DNA of 63,338 nt, the filler included, from Octopus bimaculoides (taxonomy: Eukaryota), in the NCBI RefSeq assembly GCF_001194135.2. It is 4 parts of 4 records of this genome, joined end to end, with 100 filler letters (N's around TTAATTAATTAA, not from the genome) between each part and the next. Parts side by side here need not be neighbours in the genome. Positions count along the whole stretch, not along the records: positions 14,665 to 43,032 come from NC_068999.1; 3 more parts are not named here. One strand, 5' to 3'. The notes under the pieces were generated by a model. That model did no database searches. It saw only the letters and a program-made list of their open reading frames with translations, and was not told the origin of the DNA. A program made the position numbers and the translations under genes. Positions 24,500-37,681 of this stretch are shown one piece after another (positions within the stretch are counted from its first letter, which is position 1; each line of letters starts with the position of its first letter).

Positions 24500-26321
24500 G
24501 TGGGTATTTTTATCTTATTATTATTATTCGTTTTCTTCTTCTCATACAAACTCAGCTGTTTTAATTCGTTTCCTCAGTGGTTACATTGCAATGTCATGTC
24601 TTCCCTTTTATGCTATTCGTCTTATCTATCTTTCTGTTTCGACCCGAATCTGCCATAGTCACGGTTCATTTCAAGACATGAATAACAACCTTATGCCTTT
24701 AATTCTACTTTCTCTTCGCTAATTTATCTCAATTTCATTCCTTCCTTTCCTTACTTATTCCACCCCCCTTTTTCCTTTTCTACCCGTCTTCTTACTTGAC
24801 TATTTTATTTATTTACCTTAATTCATTCATTCATTAGAAACAAACAATAAACACCTCTTTATATTCATATTTATCATGGCCATCACATTCTGGAGTTTTC
24901 CTTATTTTGAAACCTCCGTCGTGCATATATATACACATAAATGTATGTATACAAGTTATATACACATACGTATACACACATATATAACTGTATGTCAAAA
25001 ATAATGGTTTCCTTTGGCTATTAAGACAGTTGTTTATGAATGAACCATAAACAGCTGTAGTAGACTGCATCAAGAGAATAAAAGACGAAATCAACATCGA
25101 CCAAGTTTCAATATTAAAACACTGACTGATGGATCGAATTAATAACCATAAAGCTATCAATTTCCGTCTTGCTCCTCCTTCGACAATTAAACAACAACAT
25201 TAGAGACTAAAATTTATTAATCTTTAGTTATATATTTACCTTTTTCTGTTTTATTCTAATGTTAAAAATGAAGGAGGATAGAAGAAACAAACAATATTGA
25301 AACCTATATTTTCGTCCACCGCTACTATATTATCATAAATGAAAATATAACGAATAAACTTTTTAATTTGTCGCTCAAACATTTTATTACTTTATTATTA
25401 TTATTATTTTCTACCTTTCGGACAAAACCCTTTGTAACCTTCGACCTGTCTTTGTCCTTACATGTTTTTGATTTATATTAGCCCTTGTGGCTAATAAAAC
25501 AGAATTAATTATTATTATTATTATTTGCTTTATGGTTGATTAGAGTAATTTTAGCGTTAAATGGAAATGTTTTGTTTTATTTGAATAAATATAAAATAGG
25601 TGAAGTGAAGTATAGGGATGTAACAACAGCCTTGAGATATTGGTTTAGTGCCAAGCAAAAATGGTGTTTTGTAGCAAGTATATCCTGCTAAAAAAAAAAA
25701 AAGAAGTGTGGCCTTTTAATTCGTATCTGACGCGATCTCGGAAACACTGGCATTGACTTGACAACTGAATGAAATGTTCAAGTAAAGCAGCGTGTTCGAG
25801 ATCGCGTCACAGCCTCGTTTCACTCTACAAAATAAAGCCTACCTATTTTCAATTTAATTTTTTTTTTTCAAAACCTACTGACTGAGCAGGCCTATGAACA
25901 GAGGTATTCCTGCCGTGACCATCTTGACTTTTGGGAAATATTATGGATTATGTATTGTCGGTAGTGACTACTATTGCTAGCAGTTCTGGCGACCACATAG
26001 AGGCTTCCCTTGTTGTGGTTCCAATAACTAGGTGTTCTTTTTCCGTGCTGTTTGATTCGTTCCTGTCACAGAAGTTTTTGGTCCTAGGAGTATACGTTTG
26101 TGGGCTTTGGCATTCATATTTGCAGTCGGTCACTCGTTTTTGAGTTTCAATTGAAATTTTTCCTCTATGATCGATGAATCTGTTGTGATAGTGGTGGCAG
26201 TAGTAGTAGTAGTAGTAGCAATTATGTCGAGGGTTGGGTTAATTTAACCAAATTTTATCTTCGTTGATGTCGATGGTATGTGATTCGTATATGTTTAGGT
26301 GGCGAAGTGACTCTGCAATCC

Positions 26322-26404
<83 letters not shown>

Positions 26405-29400
26405 TCTTTCAACTCCCTATCGTAACCATTTCATTTGTCTTTAACACCACGTACCTCAGTCACACAGTTCAAATTACTATTCTATTAAATTCAGAGTGTT
26501 TATACAAAGTCGGAAGTAGACGTCGTGTATGGAGGACTTAGTTTCATACTCCCTCTACGTTTTCGGTTCAAATCTCGGCCAAGGGCGACTAAATTAGTAG
26601 TAGGGTCCTCGTCTTAGAATGCAATACAAAAAAAAAATTATAAAAAAAATCACATGAAATTGTATTTCATGGGATTTAAAGACGGGTGCCAAGTACCAGT
26701 AATCTATTCATGTTGGTTCCATTCGGTAAACTTTTTTCTTCTGATTAATCCCAAACTGTTGCTATGTTCTTCGCGCGCAAAACACACACCTAAAGAAAGG
26801 TCCGAACATCTTGGTTCGCATTTTGTTTTAATATCTTGATATTGTTGAGGTCCTTACTTGGTGTTCATATTAATTTTAAGTTGGTGGATTGACAAGGCTC
26901 GGCTGAGCGTTAGGCACCCCCCCCCCNNNNNNNNNNAGAGTTTTAGCTTATAGACGACCCCTTGCAGTCTGAGTTCGAATCCTGCCGCGATCAACTTTGC
27001 CTTACATTCTCCCGGTATGGATGAAATAAACTGCCGGCCAAGAACTGGGGTAGGTTTAACTGACTGTACCCACCCACCGTTGCTTCTTCCAAATATGTGG
27101 CAACATTATAAATTATCGTTGTCCCTTTTAACGGTCCGAGTTCAAATCCTTCCAGAGTTTCCTTTTGACTTGCATCTTTCTGGAGCCATTTAAATAAATA
27201 CCTGTAATATATCAAGGATCTTGTGAGTTCACAATGATTACTTTCCTATAACTGTAGAAGTCTTGTAGCTCTAAGTAACCTTTATTTATTTATTATTTTT
27301 TGGATGACGGAATCGGTGGAGCGCCAGACAAAATCGTCTTGCGGTGTTTGGTCCCGGCTCTTTATGCTTTGCGTTCACATTCCCACCGAGGGCGATTTTT
27401 CCCTATCTTTCCGGGACCTTTTGGCGATCTTTTGATACGAGTCCTGAATATCGGCCTTTTCCGTAAAAAGTGTCTTCGGCGATCTTTACCAAAGATCGGC
27501 CTTCTCCGTAAAAAGTGTTGGAGAGATAATATCTTGGTCGTTTCAGTTATTAGACTGCGGCCATGCTGGGGCACCATCTTGAGGAATTTTAGTCGAATGA
27601 ATCGATCCCAGTAAGTTACGGGAACGTAAATACACCAACACCGGTTGTCAAGCGGTAGTGGGTTCAAACATACGCACGCACATACNNNNNNNNNNNNNNN
27701 NNNNNNNNNNNNNNNNNNNNNNNNNNNNNNNNNNNNNNNNNNNNNNNNNNNNNNNNNNNNNNNNNNNNNNNNNNNNNNNNNNNNNNNNNNNNNNNNNNNN
27801 NNNNNNNNNNNNNNNNNNNNNNNNNNNNNNNNNNNNNNNNNNNNNNNNNNNNNNNNNNNNNNNNNNNNNNNNNNNNNNNNNNNNNNNNNNNNNNNNNNNN
27901 NNNNNNNNNNNNNNNNNNNNNNNNNNNNNNNNNNNNNNNNNNNNNNNNNNNNNNNNNNNNNNNNNNNNNNNNNNNNNNNNNNNNNNNNNNNNNNNNNNNN
28001 NNNNNNNNNNNNNNNNNNNNNNNNNNNNNNNNNNNNNNNNNNNNNNNNNNNNNNNNNNNNNNNNNNNNNNNNNNNNNNNNNNNNNNNNNNNNNNNNNNNN
28101 NNNNNNNNNNNNNNNNNNNNNNNNNNNNNNNNNNNNNNNNNNNNNNNNNNNNNNNNNNNNNNNNNNNNNNNNNNNNNNNNNNNNNNNNNNNNNNNNNNNN
28201 NNNNNNNNNNNNNNNNNNNNNNNNNNNNNNNNNNNNNNNNNNNNNNNNNNNNNNNNNNNNNNNNNNNNNNNNNNNNNNNNNNNNNNNNNNNNNNNNNNNN
28301 NNNNNNNNNNNNNNNNNNNNNNNNNNNNNNNNNNNNNNNNNNNNNNNNNNNNNNNNNNNNNNNNNNNNNNNNNNNNNNNNNNNNNNNNNNTTTACAGGCT
28401 GCTTTTAGTTCATAGTGTTGTAATTTGAGTGCTTTTCGTAGGATTGACTAACTTACAAAAAAAAAAAAAACCAAACAGACAAAAGAAAAAAAAACGGGAT
28501 ATTGGCGCAGACATGGCAGTGTCCTGAAGAAGGTTGCTTTACAACAACGGTGTTACAGGTTCAGTCCCACTGTGCAACACCTTGGGCATGTCTTCTATAG
28601 CACCTGGCTGACCACAGATCCCTATTGATGCATGCTAGATTTTGTTCTGTGGTCTGACTCCAGCCTGTTTGTGTACGTCCACTGCTTTCATGTTGGGTGA
28701 CAGAAACTGGGTAATTGTTTTGTGAGGGCTTCTGACTGAGCCAACACCACCTGGAGGGAGTTTGCTCTCGTCATCTCTCTAAGCTTCTGTAAAAAGGATG
28801 GGAAGGAAACTGCGAGTGATCCGAGCCTAGAATAAGTTGATTGGTTATGGCCATTTGGATACCGGGGATTTGGTACAGCTGACTGGGCATTGAGTCTGTT
28901 TTGCTGATTGTACTTTTTTGGCCCTGGAGGCAAATACACACATGAGCATGCATGTTGAAGTATACACATACATGGATAGAGAGGAGTGTGAGAGAGAGAC
29001 ATTACACTATGTTAATTGAACGTGATGCCATAAACACCAACTTTTCCTTCTCCTCATTCACAAAAAGAAAAATATACTCACACACACACAGAGAAAGTGG
29101 GAGAGAAGCAATTGAATATCTGCGGAGTAAATCAGCATCAAAGATCAGCGATGCCAAGTAGGCAGTGCCAAAACAGCTGTGCCAACATGTCTCATACCGT
29201 TTCAAACCTGGTGTCCAGACAAGGATGTCAGTTTTACTCTTGGCCTTGTACCTCTAAAAAAAAGGACTCCTTTATAACAAACGGAGTAGGAAGTAGGGTT
29301 TGGCGTGGTTTAATCTCGTCTGAATGCTTGCAACACTAAACTCTGCTATTGTCGGTAGTATATAGCAGTGTACAAATCGAAACTGAAATAGAAGTGTAAT

Positions 29401-29967
29401 TATGATTGATGTGGTATGAGTTAGTTTCAATGCTTCATTATATTTTTATGGTAACTGCCTGCTGCTTTATCTAAATATAAAGTTTCTTATATACAGCTTT
29501 TATTAAAGTGTCAAAAAAAAAAAATCCATAAAGTAAAAAAAAAAAAAGACAATACCTAGTGAAAATACAATTTTGGAATTGCTGTCCTTTCATTTTGCTT
29601 GCCAAGTACTAGTCTAATAGACTAGGGAGAGGCCTAGACTTCACACTTGTAATTTTACTACCTATCCTGTAAAATCTGAAGTTTTGTTTTTATAAATAGA
29701 CCGTATGTTTGTACACACACACGTGAAAATGAATGTATTCATCTATACCTAAACATACGTATGCACATGCATAAATGCATGCATGGAAAAAGAGAAGAAA
29801 AAACCTTGCTTGAATACACAAACTAAGGACCGGTTTTACCTATATTTGTTGGCATAGACTAATGGCTTAATGAATGAACACTATGAATACACGTGTATAT
29901 ATATATATGTATGCACACACACACTTTTTCTCTGGCAACTTTACACTTGCTACTACTAATGTTGCAT

Positions 29968-30010
<43 letters not shown>

Positions 30011-30012
<2 letters not shown>

Positions 30013-30404
30013 GAGTGGCTGTGTTGTAAGTAGCTTGCTTACCAACCACATGGTTCTGGGTTCAGTCCCACTGCATGGCACTTTGGGCAAGTCTTCTACT
30101 ATAGCCTCGGGCCAACCAAAGCCTTGTGAATGGATTTGGTAGACGGAAACTGAAAGAAGCCCGTCGTATATATATATGTCTATGTGTGTGTGTGTGTGTG
30201 TCTGTGTTTGTCCCTCCAACATCGCTTGACAACTGATGCTGGTGTGTTTACGTCCCCCGTATCTTAGGAGTTTGGCAAAAGACACCGATAGAATAAGTAC
30301 TAGGCTTACAAAAAATGTCCTGGGGGCGATTTGCTTGACTAAAGGCGGTGCTCCAGCATGGCCGCAGTCAGATGACTGAAACAATTGAAAGAGTAAAAAG
30401 AGTA
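30011..30404 (+). mobile_element. SINE family B copy, full length
   Basis: Box A-like TGGCTGTGTTG, box B-like GGTTCAGTCCC; same body and tail as the 23569 copy. Confidence 0.92.
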
Positions 30405-31276
30405 TATGTATGTATGTATGTGAAGGCACATGGAATTGAACTCACTACTTTATGATTGTGAGCCTGATGCTCTAACCACTGAGCCATGTGCTTTCTTTGA
30501 CATAAGTAACCTAACCATTATTTATTATCCAACTTGCTTATAAGGCATTGCTTGACTTGGGGCTACAGTAGAAGACAATTACACAAGGTATTGTGAAATT
30601 ATACTGGACCCAAAACCACGTGGTCCAGAAGTGTATGTTTATACATCTGTGTATGTGTGTGAAAATATATACTTATAATATATATATAAAATGTTCCATG
30701 TGTCTTAAAGGGTCATTGGGTACACCTTTAAATCGTTTTCCTATAGCGTGTTGACAACAGTGGAGTTTGTCCATCTCCATGGACCTATTTGGGAACTGGC
30801 ATGTGAAAGAATGGACCCAACGTTTCCTCTGTGTCTTGTAAAAGGTGACTAAAAGCAGCTGAGGTAGGATTTGCATCCTGGCTGCCTTCTTAAAACCCTC
30901 AACAGCTATCCAAATAGACCCAAGGGTTGGAGGGTTGTTACTGGAGTGGTGCAAAAGTGTTGTCTGCCAGGAATGGTAGAGAATCACCAACAAATGGTGG
31001 TTGCACTGATGCACTGTTACAGTGCATGCCCTCTATTCTACTGCTACATGGACCCCGTCCATTGAGAATTGAAGCTGTTTCTAAACTAGATTTACTAAGA
31101 GATGGCCTTTACTCCATAGTGTTTACTACATACTGTGTGTGTTGTTTTATGTAAGCATTTGTAAAGAACCTGACTGGGGAATAAACTTCAAACCACCAAG
31201 AGATGACCTTTACTCTGTAATTTTTGCTACACACTCGTGTGTGTGTGTGTGTATTGTGTTGTGTTCATGTATGAGT

Positions 31277-31665
31277 GGAGGCGCAATGGCCCAGTGGTTA
31301 GGGCAGCGGACTCGCAGTCATAGGATCGCGGTTTCGATTCCCAGACCGGGCGTTGTGAGTGTTTATTGAGCGAAAACACCTAAAGTTCCACGAGGCTCCA
31401 GCAGGGGATGGTGGCGAACCCTGCTGTACTCTTCCACCGCAACTTTCTCTCACTCTTTCTTCCTGTTTCTGTTGTGCCTGTAATTCAAAGGGTCAGCCTT
31501 GTCACACTGTGTCATGCTGAACATCCCCGAGAACTACGTTAAGGGTACACGTGTCTGTGGAGGGCTCAGCCACTTGCACGTTAATTTCACGAGCAGGCTG
31601 TTCCGTTGATCGGATCAACTAGAACCCTCGACGTCGTAAGCGACGGAGTGCCAACAACAACAACA
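31277..31665 (+). mobile_element. Young SINE family C copy with 12-bp TSD and (CAA)n tail
   Basis: tRNA-like head GGAGGCGCAATGGCCCAGTGGTTAGGGCAGCGGAC...GGTTTCGATTCCC. TCATGTATGAGT at 31265-31276 and 31666-31677. Confidence 0.93.
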
Positions 31666-32081
31666 TCATGTATGAGTAAACACGAAAAGTATTGCTGGGG
31701 AATAAGCTTCAAAACACCATTTGTCATGTATCAACCCTGCATTATGTCTGCTGTGATGCCCTCGACTTCTCTGATGGCCACGTCCACCTAGCTTGTTGTA
31801 GGAAGTGTTTGGTTTATTGAATGGCATTGTCACATTTGCAGTGGTTTTCACAGTAAAATTTAGTGATACATCATCTTGCAGTACTGGTTTTGTTTCCTCC
31901 AACAGAAGAATTCACTTGTGATACGTGTCTTTCTTCCCCAAGACAAGATTGTTTTCTCATTTGCCTGTTGCCATAGAAACCAGAAACTGGCTCCCAAGGA
32001 CTGGCCATTTGGATTGCTAATCTAGCAAAACTCATCAGAATATAAATAACAAGTGCTTAGATAAATAATTTTTGGAGTATA

Positions 32082-32435
32082 TTACTCTTTTACTTGTTTC
32101 AGTCATTTGACTGCGGCCATGCTGGAGCACCGCCTTTAGTCGAGCAAATCGACCCTAGGACTTATTCTTTGTAAGCCTAGTACTTATTCTATCACTCTTT
32201 TGCTGAACCGCTAAGTTACGGGGACGTAAACACACCAGCATTGGTTGTCAAGCGATGTTGGGAGGACAAACACAGACACACAAACATATACACACATATA
32301 CATATATACGACAGGCTTCTTTCAGTTTCTGTCTACCAAATCCACTCACAAGGCTTTGGTCAGCCCGAGGCTATAGTAGAAGACACTTGCCCAAGGTGTC
32401 ACGCTGTGGGACTGAACCCAGAACCATGTGGTTGG
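32082..32435 (-). mobile_element. SINE family B copy (5' end runs into a gap)
   Basis: Reverse complement of the 30011 copy along its whole visible length. Confidence 0.92.
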
Positions 32436-33141
32436 NNNNNNNNNNNNNNNNNNNNNNNNNNNNNNNNNNNNNNNNNNNNNNNNNNNNNNNNNNNNNNNNN
32501 NNNNNNNNNNNNNNNNNNNNNNNNNNNNNNNNNNNNNNNNNNNNNNNNNNNNNNNNNNNNNNNNNNNNNNNNNNNNNNNNNNNNNNNNNNNNNNNNNNNN
32601 NNNNNNNNNNNNNNNNNNNNNNNNNNNNNNNNNNNNNNNNNNNNNNNNNNNNNNNNNNNNNNNNNNNNNNNNNNNNNNNNNNNNNNNNNNNNNNNNNNNN
32701 NNNNNNNNNNNNNNNNNNNNNNNNNNNNNNNNNNNNNNNNNNNNNNNNNNNNNNNNNNNNNNNNNNNNNNNNNNNNNNNNNNNNNNNNNNNNNNNNNNNN
32801 NNNNNNNNNNNNNNNNNNNNNNNNNNNNNNNNNNNNNNNNNNNNNNNNNNNNNNNNNNNNNNNNNNNNNNNNNNNNNNNNNNNNNNNNNNNNNNNNNNNN
32901 NNNNNNNNNNNNNNNNNNNNNNNNNNNNNNNNNNNNNNNNNNNNNNNNNNNAGTTTTCAACATAGGTTTGCAGATCTGGGACTAAACAGTAGCAGCAGCA
33001 GCCCAGTAATATATTGGGGTCAACCAACAATGTCTTCATCCATTACATTAATTGGTCTTGCTTTACACTCAATGAAACCTGGATGTTAACATTTTAGAGC
33101 AGTTTAGCTTTTAGTTTATTGATATTTTCTCCAAGTAGTAG

Positions 33142-33193
<52 letters not shown>

Positions 33194-33911
33194 TCTTTCT
33201 CTCTTTCAATAAAAATAATGGAATGCCAACAACTGTTGGTTTTTTATTTATTCTGCTGTTCATGGTTTCTGTGGTTATATGCATGTTCTTGAGTGGTGTG
33301 TGTGTGGGTGTGTGTATATGTGTATAAATGGAGATAGAAAGAGATATGGAGATTTATTGATTAATTCACAAAGACTGTCTTATTGATCATATTTCTTACT
33401 ATGGTTGTCTCCAAACCAAATGGAAAAAAAAAAGTGGGGGAAAATCCCCACAAAGCAAAGCAATAAAACTACTCCGATTGGACTCTCTTTCTCCTTTTTT
33501 TTTTTCCTCTTTATTCATCTGTTTGTTTATGCTGTCATGGCTAATTTTCTGCCCCAAAGTTATATTAAATCCTATTTTATTCTAAATACACTTTACATCA
33601 TGTCTTTTGTTTCGCCATAAAATACTGAACATACTTTTTGAAAAAGAAAGAAAAAAACAAGAGAAACATAGCTTCTAAATAGCAGTATGGAAGGAGAACT
33701 AGTGGCTGTGTGGTTAGGAGGTTTGCTTCTCAACCACATGCTTTCAGGCTCAGTCCCACTGGGCAGGTGTCTTCTACTATAGATGGAGGCTGACCAAAGT
33801 CTTGTGAGTAGATGGAAGCTGAATGAGGCTCATAGTGTACATTGTGTGATAGTTGTAAATGAGTGTCATTGTCATACAGGCAGTGTCCTTCGTTTACGAT
33901 ATTCTGAGATA

Positions 33912-34380
33912 TGGCGTTGAGCTGGCAGAATCGTTAGCACACTGGGTGGAATGCTTAGTGGTATTTTGTCTGCCGTTATGTTCTGAGTTCAAATTCCGCC
34001 GAGGTCGATTTTGCCTTTCATCCTCTCGGGGTTGATTAAATAAGTACCAGTTGCATACTGAGGTCAATGTAATTGACTTAATCCCTTTGTCTGTTCTTGT
34101 TTGTCCCCTCTGTTTAGGCCCCTGTGGGCAATAAATAAATATTTTGTGAGATCTAAGGCGGCGAGCTGGCAAAATCGTTACCATGCTGGGCAGAATGCTT
34201 AGAGGTATTTCATCTATCTTTACGTTCTGAGTCCAAATTCTGCCAAGGCCGACTTTACCTTTTGTCCTTTCAGAGCTGATAAACTAAGTACCAGTTGCAC
34301 ACTGGGTTTGATCTAATTGGCTGGCCTATGTCCCCCCCCCCAAAAAAAAATTTTGGGCCTTGTGCCGAGAGCAGGAAAGA
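33912..34380 (+). mobile_element. Two tandem SINE-A copies
   Basis: Heads at ~33912 and ~34155. The first carries the long tail (ttgtttgtcccctctgtttaggcccctgtgggcaataaat). Confidence 0.88.
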
Positions 34381-36149
34381 ATATTCTGCGAGACCATGAC
34401 TAGCCACGGAGAAGACATTATCTTGCTTGGACCAGACGAATAAGGGATGGTGACAAGAAGGGTGTCCAGCTGTTGAAAATCTGCCTTCATCTATGCCTGT
34501 TCCATGCAAGCATAGAAAAGTGGGCGTTAAAAAGATGATAGAAACGCACACGCACACACGCACACGCACACACACACACACACACTTTCTCCCTGCAGGC
34601 TTACTTTTGTGGTTAAAGAGTTTGCTTTGGAAACATGCTGTTCCAGGAGGCCAGTGTCTCTGCTTTGTATCATGGATGTCTTCCACTATAGCCTTAGGGT
34701 GACCAGTACCTTGTAAATGGATACCATTCAGAATCTTATCAGGTTTGTGTGTGTGTGTTTTAAGATAGATATTCTGCATCCCTGCAGGTCATTAGAAGTG
34801 AAAGTTGTGAGTGTTACAGTCATTCAACCAGTGTCATATAACCAACAGCCTGTGTAGACGTTTGACCATGGGAAAATATGGATTGGAAATGGGCATCGAG
34901 ATGTAGAAAATTTTCCTTCTCAATAAGCTTCGTCTGACTCATGCAAGCACGGAAAAGCAGACTTTAAGACCTGTTGAGGATGCTGAACAAGTGAACGAAC
35001 GGAAATGATGAAGACAACCTATAAATAGATTAATATGTAATAGGTTTGTGTAACTCGCCGAGTATTTTTATAGCTGGCTGTTCAGTGTCCATACATGATG
35101 TTCTCTATTTAACTATTTATATGCCTTGGCAGGGATGTGGTGTTTGATAGTTCATTTGCAAACCAGCTGTGTAGAGTTCCAAAATGTGGAAACTGGTTGC
35201 GATGTGGAACTTATAAATAGCTACAAGAGACTAGATTGGAAAAACCTCCTCTAGATCAGAGAAATAAGAAAGCTCTGAACGTCATTTCACTCACTCACTC
35301 ACTCCATATATGCAAGAGTCTAAATTTGTCTGATTCTGTACCAAGAAACTTCTCTTCGGTTGGCATTGTACTACGATACTGGTCAGTGGGAAAACTAGTT
35401 AAACTGGAGTTGGTTACAACAGCAGCACACACATACATGTATGTATGTGTATATATATGTATACAAAGACTTGTGTATGTATGTATGTCTGTATACATGA
35501 AGGACCTGCTACTGGTAACAATCTAAGCCAGTCCAGCCTGTTCATGCTTGAGTTTTTTTTACTAAACTGGCAATTGCTCCAGTCTTGCTTTGAGGAGGAC
35601 TGATTTGCTTTCAGGGATGAGAAACAGAACCTGTCAAATGTACCTGAGTGTATCAGTGGTAATCTAATTGTGAGTGTATATGTGTGTGTATGTATGCATG
35701 TGCACACACACACACTCACTATCAGATAAAACCTTGATATAACTGAACCAATGCAAAAATGAAAAACAAGGTGTAATACAAAACTGGAAACGGACCAACA
35801 GAAGAACTTTTACCTTGTATTTCAAAATCTCATGGTAATGACACCTTTTGTCAGGACACGTGGAATAAGTTGTCAGATATCAGAGCAACAACATACCCCA
35901 TCTCACATTTCTCTCATTGAAATTTGAAATAAAGCCTCAATTATTGTTTTCATTTTGTGTTTTATTTCACATTGTTTCAGCTGCATTGAGTTTTTTTCCT
36001 TTTTTATCTAAGGCAATATCAAAAAATGCTTCACAATAACTATTCCATTCTAATATATATATATAAAGGAGACCACTAGGTGGACTGTTAATGTGCTAGA
36101 AGAAGATCACGTGTAATGTGTCTACTAAGACCGAAGATCTTAATGTGTC

Positions 36150-37620
36150 TACTAAGATCCTTTGAGATCTCAGATATTTTTTCTGAATCTCCTTGATTCT
36201 TTTAATGTGCTTGTTCTCTGGTATTAAATGGATATTAATTAATATCCAATTTTTTACCCTACTGTTTTNNNNNNNNNNNNNNNNNNNNNNNNNNNNNNNN
36301 NNNNNNNNNNNNNNNNNNNNNNNNNNNNNNNNNNNNNNNNNNNNNNNTTTTTGTTAAGCTTCTTCCAATTGTCTGTAAAGTGAATTGCTTTTCCTCTTAT
36401 TGCTTTTTCAATAATCTGGGCAAAAGTTTTGCTTATCATTGGGCCTGGAATGTTGCTTTCATCATCATCATTTAATGCCTGTGTTTCATGCTAGTATGGG
36501 TGGGACGGTACCTGAGGAGCCGGCCAGGCCGAAGCCTGCACCAGACTTCTGTGATTGTTTTGGCAGGATTTTTACAGCTGATCCAGCTTCCAAACACCAA
36601 CCACTCACTTAGTGCTTTTTACGTGGCACAAGTGAGATCAGTTTTGGCAAGGATTTTACAGCTGGATGCCCTTCCGAACACCAGCCACTTTACAGTTTGA
36701 ACTGGGTGCTAATTCGTCGGCTGCAACAGTGATGTCATGTTTGAAGGTATGTGGTTAGTGTATTCAGCTCATGATCACGAGTTCAATTCTTGATGATGCT
36801 TTTCGTCCTTGAGCAAGAAACTTTTTCACATTGCTCCAGTCCACTCAGCTGGCAAAAGTTATTTGTAGGTGTAATTAAGAGCCAGCCTTATCACATTGTG
36901 TAACGTAGAATCTCCCTGAGAACTACATTAAGGATATGTGTCTGTGGAGTGCTCAACCACTTATTAATTTTACGAGCAGCTGTTCCATTCATTGGGTCAA
37001 CTGGAACCTCTGTTATCACAACTGATAGTGCCAGTTTTTTTGTCATGATCGGTAAAAATAGAACCATAAAATTTTGAGATGTGTTTCCAGGTGCAGTTGG
37101 AGAATTATCCGACATCAATAAAATTTTAGAATCTGAATCTATAGACTTGGCAGCATCTTTTGTCATTGGTACAGGAACCAGTTTCTTGAACATATCTTCA
37201 AATAAAGATTTTGTAACCTCAAATTCTTTATTGGAGTATTGGATTTCCGATAAACTAGTCAGGAATGATTGCTGAACCTTGGAGTTTACTGAATGACAAA
37301 TCAATATGGGTTTCCAATTTAATCATCAGTTGTCTTCCAGCTCAGTAAAAGTGTTAGTCTTGAACTACTTTGAACTTGGATTGCCATTTTCCATTCTTCA
37401 TCAAACTTTACTGGGATTTTTTTGTTTTTGTTTTTCTAAATCATTCCTTTTCTTCAGCAGTTATAACTCAATCACCAACATGATCATCAAGTTGTATAAT
37501 TTTCTATCAGTTTAGTCACATTTCTGGCTGATGCATGGTTGTCCACACTTCTACATTTCTCGACAATTCTCATGCCATGATTCCAGATTTTCTAAACTAA
37601 CCATCCACAACTAACAGAAA
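36150..37620 (-). mobile_element. Degenerate pogo/Tigger (DDE_1) transposase fossil with nested insertions
   Basis: SNKEFEVTKSLFEDMFKKLVP and KILLMSDNSPTAPGNTSQNFMVLFLP resemble SNKKAWVT..FEDWF..FVP and KILLLLDNAPGHP..VVFLPPN. Resumes after two insertions as KTFAQIIEKAI..NWKKLN. Confidence 0.78.
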
Positions 37621-37681
37621 ATTGTTAGTTTCCTCTTCAGTTTCATTTTCCTCTTTCCGATTTATAATCATCATTATTTAA

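Noticed and set aside
25948-26200. Open minus-strand frame of ~80 codons
   Set aside because: No start or splice signals, no homology; begins in a (TAC)n repeat.
30422-30495. tRNA-like 74-mer on the minus strand with CAC in the anticodon position
   Set aside because: Anticodon and T stems do not pair. It is a SINE head whose ends happen to form a 12-bp inverted repeat, not a functional tRNA.
31666-31902. 78-aa minus-strand ORF (EETKPVLQDDVSLNF...)
   Set aside because: Non-ATG start directly after a stop, weak acceptor, no recognisable domain.
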